A stretch of 64,000 nucleotides of DNA from Candidatus Omnitrophota bacterium (GCA_022711115.1 JAKLFP010000001.1:133183-197182); one strand, 5' to 3'; positions 52,936 to 63,307 are shown, counted from the stretch's first letter. Program-made: numbers and translations. Notes: generated from the letters alone by a model not told the origin.

Positions 52936-52997
52936 TTGTTTTTATTAAATTATAAAAAAGCATCTTCTTTTCTTTGACGTGATCCTGTAAAGGGAAT

Positions 52998-54095
52998 CTA
53001 TTTCCCTCCGGCGAGACGAATGATTTTCTGAATAAGGCTGACCGGAATTTTTTGCTCGACCGTCACCTGACCGATACGGCGAGGAAGGACGAAACGGAGA
53101 AGACCCTGGCTTTTCTTCTTATCCTTCATCATGACTTTCAAAATGGCTTCGGTTTTAAGATGGAATCGTTTGATTGAAACCGGAAGCTTGAAGGACAAAA
53201 GCACTTTCATCTGACGCCAAATAAGTTCGCGGGGACAGATCCCGAGATCCGCGGCAAGTTGCGCCCCCATCATCATGCCGATCGCAACTGCTTCTCCGTG
53301 GACCAGTTTTCCGTAACAAAGCGCCCCTTCGATCCCGTGCCCAAACGTATGCCCATAATTCAAGATCATACGCTCTCCTTTGGTTTCGAATTCATCAGAC
53401 GACACAACCCTGGCTTTGATCCCAGCGGAAAGCAAAATAATTTTTTCCAGAGCATTGAGATCTCTCTGCAGGATCCTTCTGCCGTTCTTTTCCAGAAACC
53501 CGAACAGCTCGGTATCGCGGATCATTCCATATTTCACAACTTCCGCAAGCGACGCGCTCAACTCCCGTTCGGGAAGCGACTGCAACACCCGCACGTCAGA
53601 GATCACAAGCGCCGGAGGCCAAAAAGAGCCCACAAGATTCTTGCCTTCCGGAAGATCGATCGCGGTTTTGCCGCCAATCGCACTATCCACCTGTGCAAGC
53701 AAAGTGGTCGCAACATTCACATAACGGATCCCGCGAAGATAAACAGATGCCGCAAAACCGGTAAGATCGCTCACCACCCCGCCACCCACCGCCACCATCC
53801 CGTCCTTGCGTTCAAATCCTTTTGCCAAAAGCGTCTGTATCAACCGAAAAAGTTCCTTCTCGGATTTGGCGCGTTCCCCATCGGGAAGCATGTGCGTTTG
53901 GACTTTAAACCCTTGTTTCTTCAAGGACGCGAGAATAGGATTGAGATAAGGCGTTAGATTCTTTTGCGAAACTACCATCAATTTCGATTGGCTTTCAAAG
54001 ACATCCGAAAGAAAAGTTCCGGCCCTTGGTAAAAGATTTTTGCCTACCAGGATCTTATAATCGCCCTTGGAACTTCTGACATGAATGGTCTTCAT
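52998..54095 (-). CDS. aroB: 3-dehydroquinate synthase
   Basis: LNYGHTFGHGIEGALCYGKLVHGEAVAIGM metal-binding motif. Start set at MKTIHV. Confidence 0.9.
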   Translation of the reverse strand: MKTIHVRSSKGDYKILVGKNLLPRAGTFLSDVFESQSKLMVVSQKNLTPYLNPILASLKKQGFKVQTHMLPDGERAKSEKELFRLIQTLLAKGFERKDGMVAVGGGVVSDLTGFAASVYLRGIRYVNVATTLLAQVDSAIGGKTAIDLPEGKNLVGSFWPPALVISDVRVLQSLPERELSASLAEVVKYGMIRDTELFGFLEKNGRRILQRDLNALEKIILLSAGIKARVVSSDEFETKGERMILNYGHTFGHGIEGALCYGKLVHGEAVAIGMMMGAQLAADLGICPRELIWRQMKVLLSFKLPVSIKRFHLKTEAILKVMMKDKKKSQGLLRFVLPRRIGQVTVEQKIPVSLIQKIIRLAGGK

Positions 54096-54607
54096 CTCTT
54101 TGCCCCTAGAAGTTTCAGAATATGCTGCGCGACATCTTCGGCAAGTTTGCCGTCTGTAGGAACCGCCACATCGCACGCGTTTTGGTAAATAGTTTCCCGG
54201 TCACTCAAAATCTGCTGGAGGACACCGAACGGATCCGGCTTATTAAGAAGCGGCCTGTCTTTCGAGTAGCGAAGCCGCTGCCATAAAGTTTCCGCGGAGG
54301 CCGTCAGTAAAATAATTTTGCCCGTTGCCTTCATGCGCTGGATATTTTCCTCACGAAGGACAATACCGCCTCCCGTGGCAAACACATAGCCTGCTCTCGA
54401 AGAAAGGCTTCTCAGCATCAAAGACTCTACATTTCTGAAATAAGCTTCCCCGGATTGAGCGAAAATCTCGGGGATGGTTTTCTTCTCTTTTTTTTCGATT
54501 TCGGCATCAATGTCCGCAAATTCATAACCCAGAAACGAGGCTAATTCTTTGCCAGTCGCGCTTTTGCCAGACCCCATCATGCCGATCAAATAAATATTGT
54601 CAGCCAC
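54092..54607 (-). CDS. aroK: shikimate kinase
   Basis: IYLIGMMGSGKSATGK P-loop. 171 aa. Confidence 0.88.
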   Translation of the reverse strand: MADNIYLIGMMGSGKSATGKELASFLGYEFADIDAEIEKKEKKTIPEIFAQSGEAYFRNVESLMLRSLSSRAGYVFATGGGIVLREENIQRMKATGKIILLTASAETLWQRLRYSKDRPLLNKPDPFGVLQQILSDRETIYQNACDVAVPTDGKLAEDVAQHILKLLGAKR

Positions 54608-55745
54608 GAATGCGTTTTAGATAACCTTTATAGTTGTAACGGATCTCTGCAACGGAATCACCGCCAAATTTCTCGAGAAATGCGTCCGCAAGCACATACG
54701 CCACCAGAGATTCCCCGATCACGCTTCCGGCCGGAACCGCGCACACATCGCTGCGCTCAAAATCCGCTTTTTCGCTTCTCTTTGTCCTCATATTGACGGA
54801 AGCAAGCGGCGTCGCCAATGTCGCGATCGGCTTCATCGTTAAACGGACCACCAGATCCGAACCATTCGTCATGCCGCCGGTAATACCGCCCGCGCGGTTC
54901 GTTTTATGATAATACCCGAGGGCTTTGCTGTAGAAAATCTCATCATGCGCTGCAGATCCAAAAATACCGGCCAATTTCTCACCGGCACCGAATTCGACGG
55001 CTTTCGCGGATTGCTGACTCATAAGCATCATCGCAAGCCGCGCGTCGAGTTTCCTGGTGTAATGAACATACGAACCAAGTCCGATCGGAAGACCGGCGGC
55101 CCGAACTTCATATTTCCCGCCGAGAGAGTCCCCGTTTTTCCGCGCCTTTTCGATTGCTTGGATCATCGCCTTTTCGGTTTTCCTGCAAACGCAATTCACC
55201 TGCGATCCTTTGACGCCTTCACGAATATCCGCTATTGTCAGGTCTTCAGCGGGCAGCATCACAGGTCCGATCTGAACCACATGCCCCGCGATCTCAATCC
55301 CGAATGCCCTAAGAAGTAATTTGCACGCTGCACCTACAACAACCCGCATCGTGGTTTCGCGCGCACTCGACCGCTCCAAGACTGACCGAATCCCCTGATC
55401 ATATTTTAAAGCACCCGCAAGATCCGCATGTCCTGGCCTCGGCCGATAAAGTTCCGGCATTTCATCAATAGTACAGTCTTTATTCATGAGAAGAAATCCT
55501 AAAGGCGCACCCGTTGTCGTTTTTTTGACGACGCCGCCGATCACCTCCACCCCATCGGATTCGATCTTTTGACGCCCTCCGCGGCCGTACCCTGACTGAC
55601 GGCGGCGGAGTTCTCCGTTCAAAAATTCCGGATCCAAAACCAGTCCGCTTGGAAAGCCTTCCAAAATAGCCGCCATATAACGGCCATGCGATTCTCCCGT
55701 GGTAATGTAGTTGAGCATATTAGACTCCGTATAATTTAGCGACAT
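54600..55745 (-). CDS. aroC: chorismate synthase
   Basis: TTGESHGRYMAAILEGFPSG N-terminus and RPGHADLAGALKY motif. Confidence 0.92.
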   Translation of the reverse strand: MSLNYTESNMLNYITTGESHGRYMAAILEGFPSGLVLDPEFLNGELRRRQSGYGRGGRQKIESDGVEVIGGVVKKTTTGAPLGFLLMNKDCTIDEMPELYRPRPGHADLAGALKYDQGIRSVLERSSARETTMRVVVGAACKLLLRAFGIEIAGHVVQIGPVMLPAEDLTIADIREGVKGSQVNCVCRKTEKAMIQAIEKARKNGDSLGGKYEVRAAGLPIGLGSYVHYTRKLDARLAMMLMSQQSAKAVEFGAGEKLAGIFGSAAHDEIFYSKALGYYHKTNRAGGITGGMTNGSDLVVRLTMKPIATLATPLASVNMRTKRSEKADFERSDVCAVPAGSVIGESLVAYVLADAFLEKFGGDSVAEIRYNYKGYLKRIRG

Positions 55746-56511
55746 AGTTTAAAAAAGCATTTCCGTGCATAAAAAGAAGCGCTCCCGACAAAGCCAAAAA
55801 GGGCCCAAAGGGAATCGTTTCCTCTTTTTTAACATAACGCTGCCATAGTCCAAAAGGTAATGCGGGGAACGGTGCCAATAAAAAAATGAGCCCGGCATTT
55901 GAGGCCCCGAGAAAAGCGCCCATCATCGCAAGAAGTTTCACATCCCCGCCTCCCATGCTGTCCTTTCGAAAAACAAGCGTCCCGAACCATCCGGTCAGAA
56001 GCAAAATGCCGCCCCCCACCACGAGCCCGATAAAAGAAGCTAAAAGTCTTTGATACCAGAACGCTTGAGGGAAATGCGCGTTTCCGATAACGCTCAAGAG
56101 AAGTCCCGCCATCATGCCTGGGAACGTAATGAGATCCGGAATTAAACCGGTTTCAAAATCTGTCAAGATCACAACCAAAAGCAGCGAAAAGAACAGAGCG
56201 GCAGTCACAAAATCAACGGAGAGACCGTATTGCTTCCATAAAAGCCACCACAGCAAGGCATTCACAATTTCGACGAGCAAGTAACGAACAGGGATCGGTT
56301 TTTTGCATTGAGCACATTTGCCGCGCAAAAAAATAAAACTCACTAAAGGTATGTTGTAATACCAGGCAATTGGTTTTTCGCAATGCGGACAAAATGATCC
56401 CGGCCAAACGATCGAAAGATCCCGCGGCATACGATAAATACAAACATTCAAAAAACTTCCAACGATCGCTCCCAAAATAAATACAAAGCATGCAACCACC
56501 GAAGCATCCAT
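55720..56511 (-). CDS. pilD: type IV prepilin peptidase (A24 family)
   Basis: N-terminal CxxC...CxxC zinc motif (CPHCEKPIAWYYNIPLVSFIFLRGKCAQC) and a multi-TM aspartic peptidase core with GGGDVKLL. Confidence 0.85.
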   Translation of the reverse strand: MDASVVACFVFILGAIVGSFLNVCIYRMPRDLSIVWPGSFCPHCEKPIAWYYNIPLVSFIFLRGKCAQCKKPIPVRYLLVEIVNALLWWLLWKQYGLSVDFVTAALFFSLLLVVILTDFETGLIPDLITFPGMMAGLLLSVIGNAHFPQAFWYQRLLASFIGLVVGGGILLLTGWFGTLVFRKDSMGGGDVKLLAMMGAFLGASNAGLIFLLAPFPALPFGLWQRYVKKEETIPFGPFLALSGALLFMHGNAFLNYVAKLYGV

Positions 56512-56512
56512 T

Positions 56513-57394
56513 CTATTTCCCTGTCCCTTTCAACGCTGTCAGCAAAGCTTGCCGCATCACTGCTACTGGCGCTTTCTGTTTTGTCCATTGTTCGAAAGCC
56601 AATACGCCCTGATAAAGCAGCATCCCGAGCCCGTTCAAGGTCCTGTGTCCTTTTTCTTTTGCCGCCTTCAAAAAAGGTGTTACCGCCGGATTATAAATAA
56701 GATCCATCAAAAGCTTTTTTCTGCTACCTGCTTGGGGAATCCAGTCTTTCGGGATCACAAGCGGATCTTTTGCTTTGAGACCCAGCGGCGTTGCGTTGAT
56801 GATAACATCTGCTTTTTGAATAGCCCCTTTCACTTCCGGGATATCGGCCTTGACAGCCTGATAATGGATTTTTGGAAAAATTTTCCGCATTTCGCGAACG
56901 ATCTTTTCCGCTTTTTCAGGAAAACAGTCCGTCAGAAGCACCTCCCGAATCCCTTCGAGCGATAATCCGTACACCAAAGCTCTGGCCGCACCTCCGGCGC
57001 CAAGAACCACCGCCTTTTTTCTTGAAGGACGGAAAGCGCCATCCCGCTTGAGCGTCATGAGAAAACCCGGCATATCCGTGTTGGTACCCACCCATCGTTT
57101 CCCTTGGCGATAAACCGTATTGACCGCCCCGATCGCCTTCGCCTCCGCACTGATATGATCCAGATATTTCATGACCGTTTCTTTATAGGGCACTGTCACA
57201 TTAAATCCGGCTAAAAGAAGTTGGGAAGCCTGCCTCATGGTTTTCCTGAACGCGGAAGGTTCCAATTCCACAACAATATAATCCGCATCGATACCAAGCT
57301 TCCCAAAAGCGGCTTCATGCATCGCCGGAGACAGAGTGTGTGAAAGCGGGTAACCGAAAATTCCGTACAATTGAAAAGTTTTTCTTTTTTTCAC
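56513..57394 (-). CDS. aroE: shikimate dehydrogenase
   Basis: LYGIFGYPLSHTLSPAMHEAAF N-terminus and VLGAGGAARA NADP-binding motif. Confidence 0.88.
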   Translation of the reverse strand: MKKRKTFQLYGIFGYPLSHTLSPAMHEAAFGKLGIDADYIVVELEPSAFRKTMRQASQLLLAGFNVTVPYKETVMKYLDHISAEAKAIGAVNTVYRQGKRWVGTNTDMPGFLMTLKRDGAFRPSRKKAVVLGAGGAARALVYGLSLEGIREVLLTDCFPEKAEKIVREMRKIFPKIHYQAVKADIPEVKGAIQKADVIINATPLGLKAKDPLVIPKDWIPQAGSRKKLLMDLIYNPAVTPFLKAAKEKGHRTLNGLGMLLYQGVLAFEQWTKQKAPVAVMRQALLTALKGTGK

Positions 57395-58938
57395 ACTGGA
57401 GAGGGTTGGCTCGTCGCCCGTTGAGGATTTGCCGAAATTTTATTGATGGCAAAAAGATAAGCCCGCACGCTTGCTTCAATAATGTCCGTACTCGTCCCTC
57501 GCCCTGTCACTTCTTTGCCCCCGATCTCAAGCTTCACCAAAACTTCTCCCAAAGCATCTTTGCCGCCTGTCACAGACTGCAAGCCATAATGAATGAGCTT
57601 GGCTTGTGAATGCACGATTTTTTCGATGGCCTTATAGCAGGCATCGACAGGCCCGTCTCCTGTGGAGGCTGCCTCTTTGATGTTCCCCTCATAGGAGAGT
57701 CGAATCTCCGCATAAGGCTTCGCTCCGGTTGCAGACACTACCTTCATAAATACCAATTTCCAGGTTTCCGGAATTTTAGCAATTTCATCTTGAAGAATCG
57801 CTTCGAGATCTTCGTCAAAAATATATTTTTTCTTGTCCGCCAACGCTTTAAAGCGGGTAAAGGCCTGATCCATTTCTTGGGCGGCCAATTGAAAACCCAA
57901 TTTTCTTACACGAATTGCAAAAGCGTGTTTGCCGGAAAGTTTCCCGAGCATCAGCTGATTGCCAGAAAGACCGATCTGCTTGGGATCCATGATCTCATAG
58001 GTTTGACGTTTCTTGAGAACTCCGTCCTGATGGATCCCCGAGGCATGCCAAAAAGCATTACGGCCGACAATCGCCTTATTGGGCTGGACGACCATTCCCG
58101 TCAGATGCGACACAAGCCGGGAAGCCTTTGTGATCTCAGACATTTTGATATCCGTGTGACAATTCATGAAGTCCTTGCGGGTATGGATCGTCATCACGAG
58201 TTCTTCCAGCGAAGCATTCCCTGCCCGCTCCCCGATACCGTTGATAGTACACTCCACCTGATTCGCACCGGCCAGAATCGCGGCTAAAGAATTGGAAGTC
58301 GCAAGCCCCAGATCATTATGACAATGAACGGAAAGCACAATACTTTTGCCTAACTCCGGGTTCTTTTTGATCACAAAACGGATCAGATCACCGAATTCCT
58401 CGGGAATCGCATAACCAACCGTGTCCGGGATATTGATGGAAGTCGCCCCCGCATCAATCGCGGCACGAACCGTCTGCACAAGAAAATCCCGTTCTGTCCG
58501 CGAAGCATCTTCGGGAGAAAATTCGATCTGCTTGAAATCCTTGACCGCCGACTTGATATTCTGAACAGCCATGGCCAGGATTTCCTTTTTATCCTTTTTA
58601 AGTTTGAATTCCCGGTGAATCTGAGAAGTCGCGAGAAAAACGTGCAAACGTTTTTTCGCAGCTTTTTCAAGAGCTTGCCGGCAGGCATCAATATCCCGTG
58701 GGATCATCCGCGACAGGCCGCAGATCACGGGCTTTCGCACATGTTCCGCGATCATGGTCACAGCCTTCATCTCTCCAAGCGATGAAGCCGGAAAACCAGC
58801 TTCAATGACATCGATATTCAACTTTTCGAGTTGACGAGCAATCTTCAGCTTTTCATCCGGCGTCAACGACGCCCCGGGCGATTGCTCTCCATCCCTTAAC
58901 GTTGTGTCAAAGATATAGATCTTTCGTTTTGTCGCCAT
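57391..58938 (-). CDS. leuA: 2-isopropylmalate synthase (LeuA/CimA family)
   Basis: IFDTTLRDGEQSPGASL and HCHNDLGLATSNSLAA motifs plus a C-terminal LeuA dimerisation domain. 515 aa. Confidence 0.88.
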   Translation of the reverse strand: MATKRKIYIFDTTLRDGEQSPGASLTPDEKLKIARQLEKLNIDVIEAGFPASSLGEMKAVTMIAEHVRKPVICGLSRMIPRDIDACRQALEKAAKKRLHVFLATSQIHREFKLKKDKKEILAMAVQNIKSAVKDFKQIEFSPEDASRTERDFLVQTVRAAIDAGATSINIPDTVGYAIPEEFGDLIRFVIKKNPELGKSIVLSVHCHNDLGLATSNSLAAILAGANQVECTINGIGERAGNASLEELVMTIHTRKDFMNCHTDIKMSEITKASRLVSHLTGMVVQPNKAIVGRNAFWHASGIHQDGVLKKRQTYEIMDPKQIGLSGNQLMLGKLSGKHAFAIRVRKLGFQLAAQEMDQAFTRFKALADKKKYIFDEDLEAILQDEIAKIPETWKLVFMKVVSATGAKPYAEIRLSYEGNIKEAASTGDGPVDACYKAIEKIVHSQAKLIHYGLQSVTGGKDALGEVLVKLEIGGKEVTGRGTSTDIIEASVRAYLFAINKISANPQRATSQPSPV

Positions 58939-58942
58939 CTTT

Positions 58943-59941
58943 TTACTTTTTGTTAATGAACTCCATCATTTGACGCAACCGTGCGCCGACCTCTTCGATC
59001 GGATGCCGGTCGCATTTTTCACGCATCTGTTTGAAATTCGGACGGCCGTTCGCATTCTCAGCCATCCATTCTTTCGCAAATTTTTTGGAAGTAATTTGTT
59101 TGAGTATTTTTTTCATTTCTTTGCGAGTTTTTTCTGTGATCACGCGAGTCCCGCGGGTATAGCCGCCATATTCGGCAGTGTCCGACACGCGACGATACAT
59201 CCCACTAATGCCGTGCACAAACATCGCATCCACAATCAGTTTTACTTCATGCAAACATTCAAAATACGCCATTTCCGGCTGATACCCGGCTTCCACCAGC
59301 GTATCAAAACCGGCCGTAATGAGCTCACTCAAGCCGCCGCAAAGCACCGCTTGTTCACCGAAAAGATCGGTCTCGGTCTCTTCTTTGAATGTCGTTTCAA
59401 TCACACCGGCACGGGTACCGCCAATAGCTTTGGCATAGGCCAAACCGATTTGCAACGCCTGATTGCTCGGATTCTGTTGGACCGCCACAAGGCACGGAAC
59501 GCCTCCGCCTTCCACGAATTGAGAACGCACCAAGGAACCCGGCCCTTTCGGCGCCACCATGAAAACATCAATTTTTTTCGTGGGCTTGATGTATTTAAAG
59601 TGGATATTAAAGCCGTGAGAAAAGCAAAGCGCCTTCCCGGCTTTCATATGCGGTGCGATATGCTTTTCATAGATCTCGGCCTGAATATGGTCCTGGGTCA
59701 GAATCTGGATGATGTCCGCCTGCTGCGCAGCTTCGTTCGCGGGAATGGGCTGAAAACCGTCCTTCACCGCAAGTTCATAATTCGGCGTCCCGGGGACTTC
59801 GGAAACGATCACATTGACGCCGGAATCACGCAGGTTGAGACCCTGCCCGCGGCCCTGAATGCCGTAACCGATGATGGCCACCTTCTTGTTTTTGAGTAAA
59901 TTGAGATCTGCATCTTTATCGTAATAAATTTTAACTGCCAT
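58943..59941 (-). CDS. ilvC: ketol-acid reductoisomerase
   Basis: VAIIGYGIQGRGQGLNLRDSGVNV N-terminal Rossmann motif and conserved C-terminal knotted domain. Confidence 0.93.
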   Translation of the reverse strand: MAVKIYYDKDADLNLLKNKKVAIIGYGIQGRGQGLNLRDSGVNVIVSEVPGTPNYELAVKDGFQPIPANEAAQQADIIQILTQDHIQAEIYEKHIAPHMKAGKALCFSHGFNIHFKYIKPTKKIDVFMVAPKGPGSLVRSQFVEGGGVPCLVAVQQNPSNQALQIGLAYAKAIGGTRAGVIETTFKEETETDLFGEQAVLCGGLSELITAGFDTLVEAGYQPEMAYFECLHEVKLIVDAMFVHGISGMYRRVSDTAEYGGYTRGTRVITEKTRKEMKKILKQITSKKFAKEWMAENANGRPNFKQMREKCDRHPIEEVGARLRQMMEFINKK

Positions 59942-59978
59942 TTTCTTTTCCTTTCTGTTGTTTTAAAAAATGTCCGAA

Positions 59979-60539
59979 TTATTTCTTTTTTGTTTTCTTT
60001 GTTGTTTTGGCTGTTTTACAAGCCCCTGTTTTCATCGCGCAAGATTTCGGCGGAGCCTTGAATTCGCCGCGCCGCGCCATGGCAATCTGCCCTGTCCTGA
60101 CCACTTCCCGCAGGTCAAAAGGCTTGAGCAGCTCAAGCATCGCATCGATTTTACCTTCGCTCCCCGTCACTTCAATGGTCATGGATTCGGGATTCACATC
60201 CACGATCTTGGCGCGAAACGTATTGACAACATGCATGATGTCGTTCCGGTTCGCGGCGTTTGCTCCGATTTTAATCATGACAAGTTCCCGCTCAATGACG
60301 TCTTTATTCGTAAGGTCTTCGACGCAAATCACGTCAATCAGTTTATTCAGCTGCTTCATGATCTGTTCGACTACCTTATCGTCCCCTTGAGCGATCACGG
60401 TCATACGCGACACTTCCGGATCCTGAGTTTCTCCTACTGCAAGGCTGTCAATATTGAACCCGCGCGCCGAAAAAAGATTGGCTACGCGCGCAAGAACGCC
60501 AAAATGATTTTCCACTAAAACCGATATCGTATGCTTCAT
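59979..60539 (-). CDS. ilvN: acetolactate synthase small (regulatory) subunit with Lys-rich C-terminal tail
   Basis: ISVLVENHFGVLARVANLFSARGFNIDSL ACT domain. Extra C-terminal CAMKTGACKTAKTTKKTKKK tail. Confidence 0.88.
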   Translation of the reverse strand: MKHTISVLVENHFGVLARVANLFSARGFNIDSLAVGETQDPEVSRMTVIAQGDDKVVEQIMKQLNKLIDVICVEDLTNKDVIERELVMIKIGANAANRNDIMHVVNTFRAKIVDVNPESMTIEVTGSEGKIDAMLELLKPFDLREVVRTGQIAMARRGEFKAPPKSCAMKTGACKTAKTTKKTKKK

Positions 60540-60575
60540 AATTTCTCCTTCGGCCTGTTCCAGGCCGTCTATTTT

Positions 60576-62261
60576 TTAAGCCATATCCATGATCTGGTCC
60601 AAAGCGTTCCCCGCCGGAACCATCGGATAAACATTTTCTTCTTTGGATACAAGGCAGTGAATAACCACCGGCCCTTTATAATTAAGGGCTTTCCGGATTG
60701 CCGGGACAATATCTTTCTTTTTCTTGATCTGGACCGCAAGAATCCCGTAAGCGCTTACGAGCTTCATGAAATCCGGGTTACTCGGTCCGATAACAGATCC
60801 TGAATAACGCTGCTTGTAAAAAAGCTGCTGCCACTGCCGGACCATGCCATAATAACCATTGTCAAAAATAAACACTTTGACCGGAACTTTGTAATAGGCC
60901 ATGGTCGCGAGCTCCGTCATGGTCATCTGAAACGATCCGTCGCCTTCGACACAAATCACGCTCTCCTCGGGTTTGGCAAGCTGAGCACCAATCGAGGCTG
61001 GAAAACCATACCCCATCGTCCCAAGCCCCCCCGACGTTAACATCGTCCTGGGTTTCAAGAATTGATACCACTGCGCAGTCCACATCTGGTGCTGGCCCAC
61101 ACCCGTCACCACAATGGCTTTATGTCCTGTCAGTTCACCGATCTTTTCGATCAGGTAAGACGGATGGATTTTTTGATCCTGGCTATTGTATTTCATCGGG
61201 AATTTTTTCTTCCATTCCGTGATCTGATCAAGCCATCCCTTCATGTCAGGACGCTTGTCCGGTACAAGCTGAACCAATCTCATCATCGCTTTTTTAACAT
61301 CGCTCACAACCGGTACGTGCACACGAACTGTTTTGGAGATTGAAGAAGGATCGATGTCGATATGAATGACCTTGGCGTGCGGTGCGAATTTTGAAACATT
61401 CCCGGTGACGCGATCGTCAAAGCGCGCGCCCACACCGATCAGGACATCGGCATTCTGAACCGAATAATTCGCATAATGGGTCCCGTGCATCCCGAGCATC
61501 CGAAGCGAGGAAGGATGCGTCTCCGGAAAGATCCCCAAACCCAGAATGGTCGTGGTAATCGGGATTCCGGTTTTTTCCACAAATTCGCGAACTTCTTTTT
61601 CCGCACCAGAAATAATGGCACCGCCCCCCACATACAGAACAGGTTTTTTAGCGCTTTTGATGAGCTGCGCGGCAAGGTGAATCTGCGCCTCTGCTTCCGG
61701 ATGTTCGACCTCAGGCCGGTAGCTCCGGATAAAAACATCTTCCGGCCATACAAAATCCGTTTGGGCACGGCTCACATCCACGGGAAAATCAATCAGCACC
61801 GGACCCGGCTTCCCCGTGGTGGCGATATAAAATGCTTCGCGAACGATCCTCGCAATATCTCTAACATCTTTTATGAGAAAACTGTGTTTGGTGATGGGTC
61901 GCGTGATGCCGACAATATCCACCTCTTGGAACGCGTCACTCCCGATCGCATGCGTAACCACCTGACCGGTAATACAGATCAAAGGCACTGAATCCATGTA
62001 AGCCGTAGCGAGTCCGGTCACCGTGTTGGTCGCGGCAGGCCCGGAAGTAACCAAGCAAACACCCGGAAGACCTGACGCGCGTGCGTAGCCATCCGCCATA
62101 TGCGTCGCACCTTGCTCATGCTTGGTCAAAATTAATTTGATCTTAGAATCGTAGAGCGCGTCATAGGTCGGCAAAATAACCCCACCCGGAAGGCCGAAGA
62201 CGTGTTTGACCCCTTCTTTTTCAAGGCTCTTGATCAAGATTTTTGCGCCCGTTAACTTCAT
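60576..62261 (-). CDS. ilvB: acetolactate synthase large subunit (biosynthetic type)
   Basis: ThDP-binding GDGSFQM motif, FAD-binding middle domain and N-terminal pyrimidine-binding domain. Confidence 0.92.
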   Translation of the reverse strand: MKLTGAKILIKSLEKEGVKHVFGLPGGVILPTYDALYDSKIKLILTKHEQGATHMADGYARASGLPGVCLVTSGPAATNTVTGLATAYMDSVPLICITGQVVTHAIGSDAFQEVDIVGITRPITKHSFLIKDVRDIARIVREAFYIATTGKPGPVLIDFPVDVSRAQTDFVWPEDVFIRSYRPEVEHPEAEAQIHLAAQLIKSAKKPVLYVGGGAIISGAEKEVREFVEKTGIPITTTILGLGIFPETHPSSLRMLGMHGTHYANYSVQNADVLIGVGARFDDRVTGNVSKFAPHAKVIHIDIDPSSISKTVRVHVPVVSDVKKAMMRLVQLVPDKRPDMKGWLDQITEWKKKFPMKYNSQDQKIHPSYLIEKIGELTGHKAIVVTGVGQHQMWTAQWYQFLKPRTMLTSGGLGTMGYGFPASIGAQLAKPEESVICVEGDGSFQMTMTELATMAYYKVPVKVFIFDNGYYGMVRQWQQLFYKQRYSGSVIGPSNPDFMKLVSAYGILAVQIKKKKDIVPAIRKALNYKGPVVIHCLVSKEENVYPMVPAGNALDQIMDMA

Positions 62262-62299
62262 GATGATTCTTTCCCTTGCGAATTAAAATTTAAACCAGA

Positions 62300-63307
62300 T
62301 CAGACTTCAAAAAAATTCTTAACGCCTTTTTTGAATCTCCCTTTCCATCCCTCATGAGACTTTGCCACAATGGCAGCCCAACTCTGGCTTTTGTCCTCAA
62401 GCCAGTCAAAAAAAGCCTTTTTAAATTCAAGCTCGTTTAGCTCCTCATCCTTTTGATATTCAGTGACGTTCAGGAGATAACCTTTTTTCTGGAGATCTTC
62501 GAGCCAGATTTGATTCCGTTCCTTTTCTCCACTGCCGGCCTTGAAAGCTATATAAAAAGGTACTTGATTCACGGCATTCGAGCGAGGTTTAATGAGCTGG
62601 GCAAAAGGACCTTCCCAAGCTTTTTCCAATAAAACCACCGCTGAAAACTCCTGGGGATGTTCGGTCGCCAAATAGGCGGCATACTGAGCCCCAGTACCTT
62701 TTCCCAATAAATAAACACGCTTTTTGTTGATCGGAAATCTTTCGATGATCTCCTTTTTTACAGAAAGAAACCATTCATCCAGCCAATAGGGTGTGTCCCC
62801 TGCTTTTGGCCAAAGTACATCAGGTGCCAAAATAAAAATACTTCTTCTCTGAGCAAGACCGGCCAAATACTCGATTTGATCCCTGGCTTTTACGGCTTCG
62901 CTCGGCGCAAGGGTCACCATGGGATAGAGCCGGTCCGTCTTATAATCATTCGGCACAAAAAGATAGACCGGGTATTTAAATCCACTAATTTCAACCATTC
63001 CTGACGGCTTCGAAACATCCGGCGCTTTCTCAGTCTCAACCATTTGTTTTTCAGGGGGAGCAACTGGCGCAGCTTGGGAAATAGTCGCAACGGCTGGCGG
63101 TGAAACAACTGCAGGTTGCGCAAGCGCAGCTTGAGTCGGCGCAGGAGACTGCTGATTTTGCGTTTCAGCAGAAATCTCCTGGGCAACAGGCGCTGTGGCT
63201 GTTGCAACCTCTGTTTCTTCAGGGATAGCGGCATGAATTGACCAACTGCAAACAAATGCCACTATAAAAAAAACGAGAAAAATAATGTTCTTTTGACATT
63301 TTTTCAT
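62300..63307 (-). CDS. secreted alpha/beta-fold-like protein with Pro/Ala/Gln-rich linker (function unknown)
   Basis: Signal anchor (MKKCQKNIIFLVFFIVAF), a ~90-aa low-complexity PA-rich linker and a globular C-terminal domain. It has GKGTG rather than the canonical GxSxG nucleophile elbow. Confidence 0.4.
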   Translation of the reverse strand: MKKCQKNIIFLVFFIVAFVCSWSIHAAIPEETEVATATAPVAQEISAETQNQQSPAPTQAALAQPAVVSPPAVATISQAAPVAPPEKQMVETEKAPDVSKPSGMVEISGFKYPVYLFVPNDYKTDRLYPMVTLAPSEAVKARDQIEYLAGLAQRRSIFILAPDVLWPKAGDTPYWLDEWFLSVKKEIIERFPINKKRVYLLGKGTGAQYAAYLATEHPQEFSAVVLLEKAWEGPFAQLIKPRSNAVNQVPFYIAFKAGSGEKERNQIWLEDLQKKGYLLNVTEYQKDEELNELEFKKAFFDWLEDKSQSWAAIVAKSHEGWKGRFKKGVKNFFEV

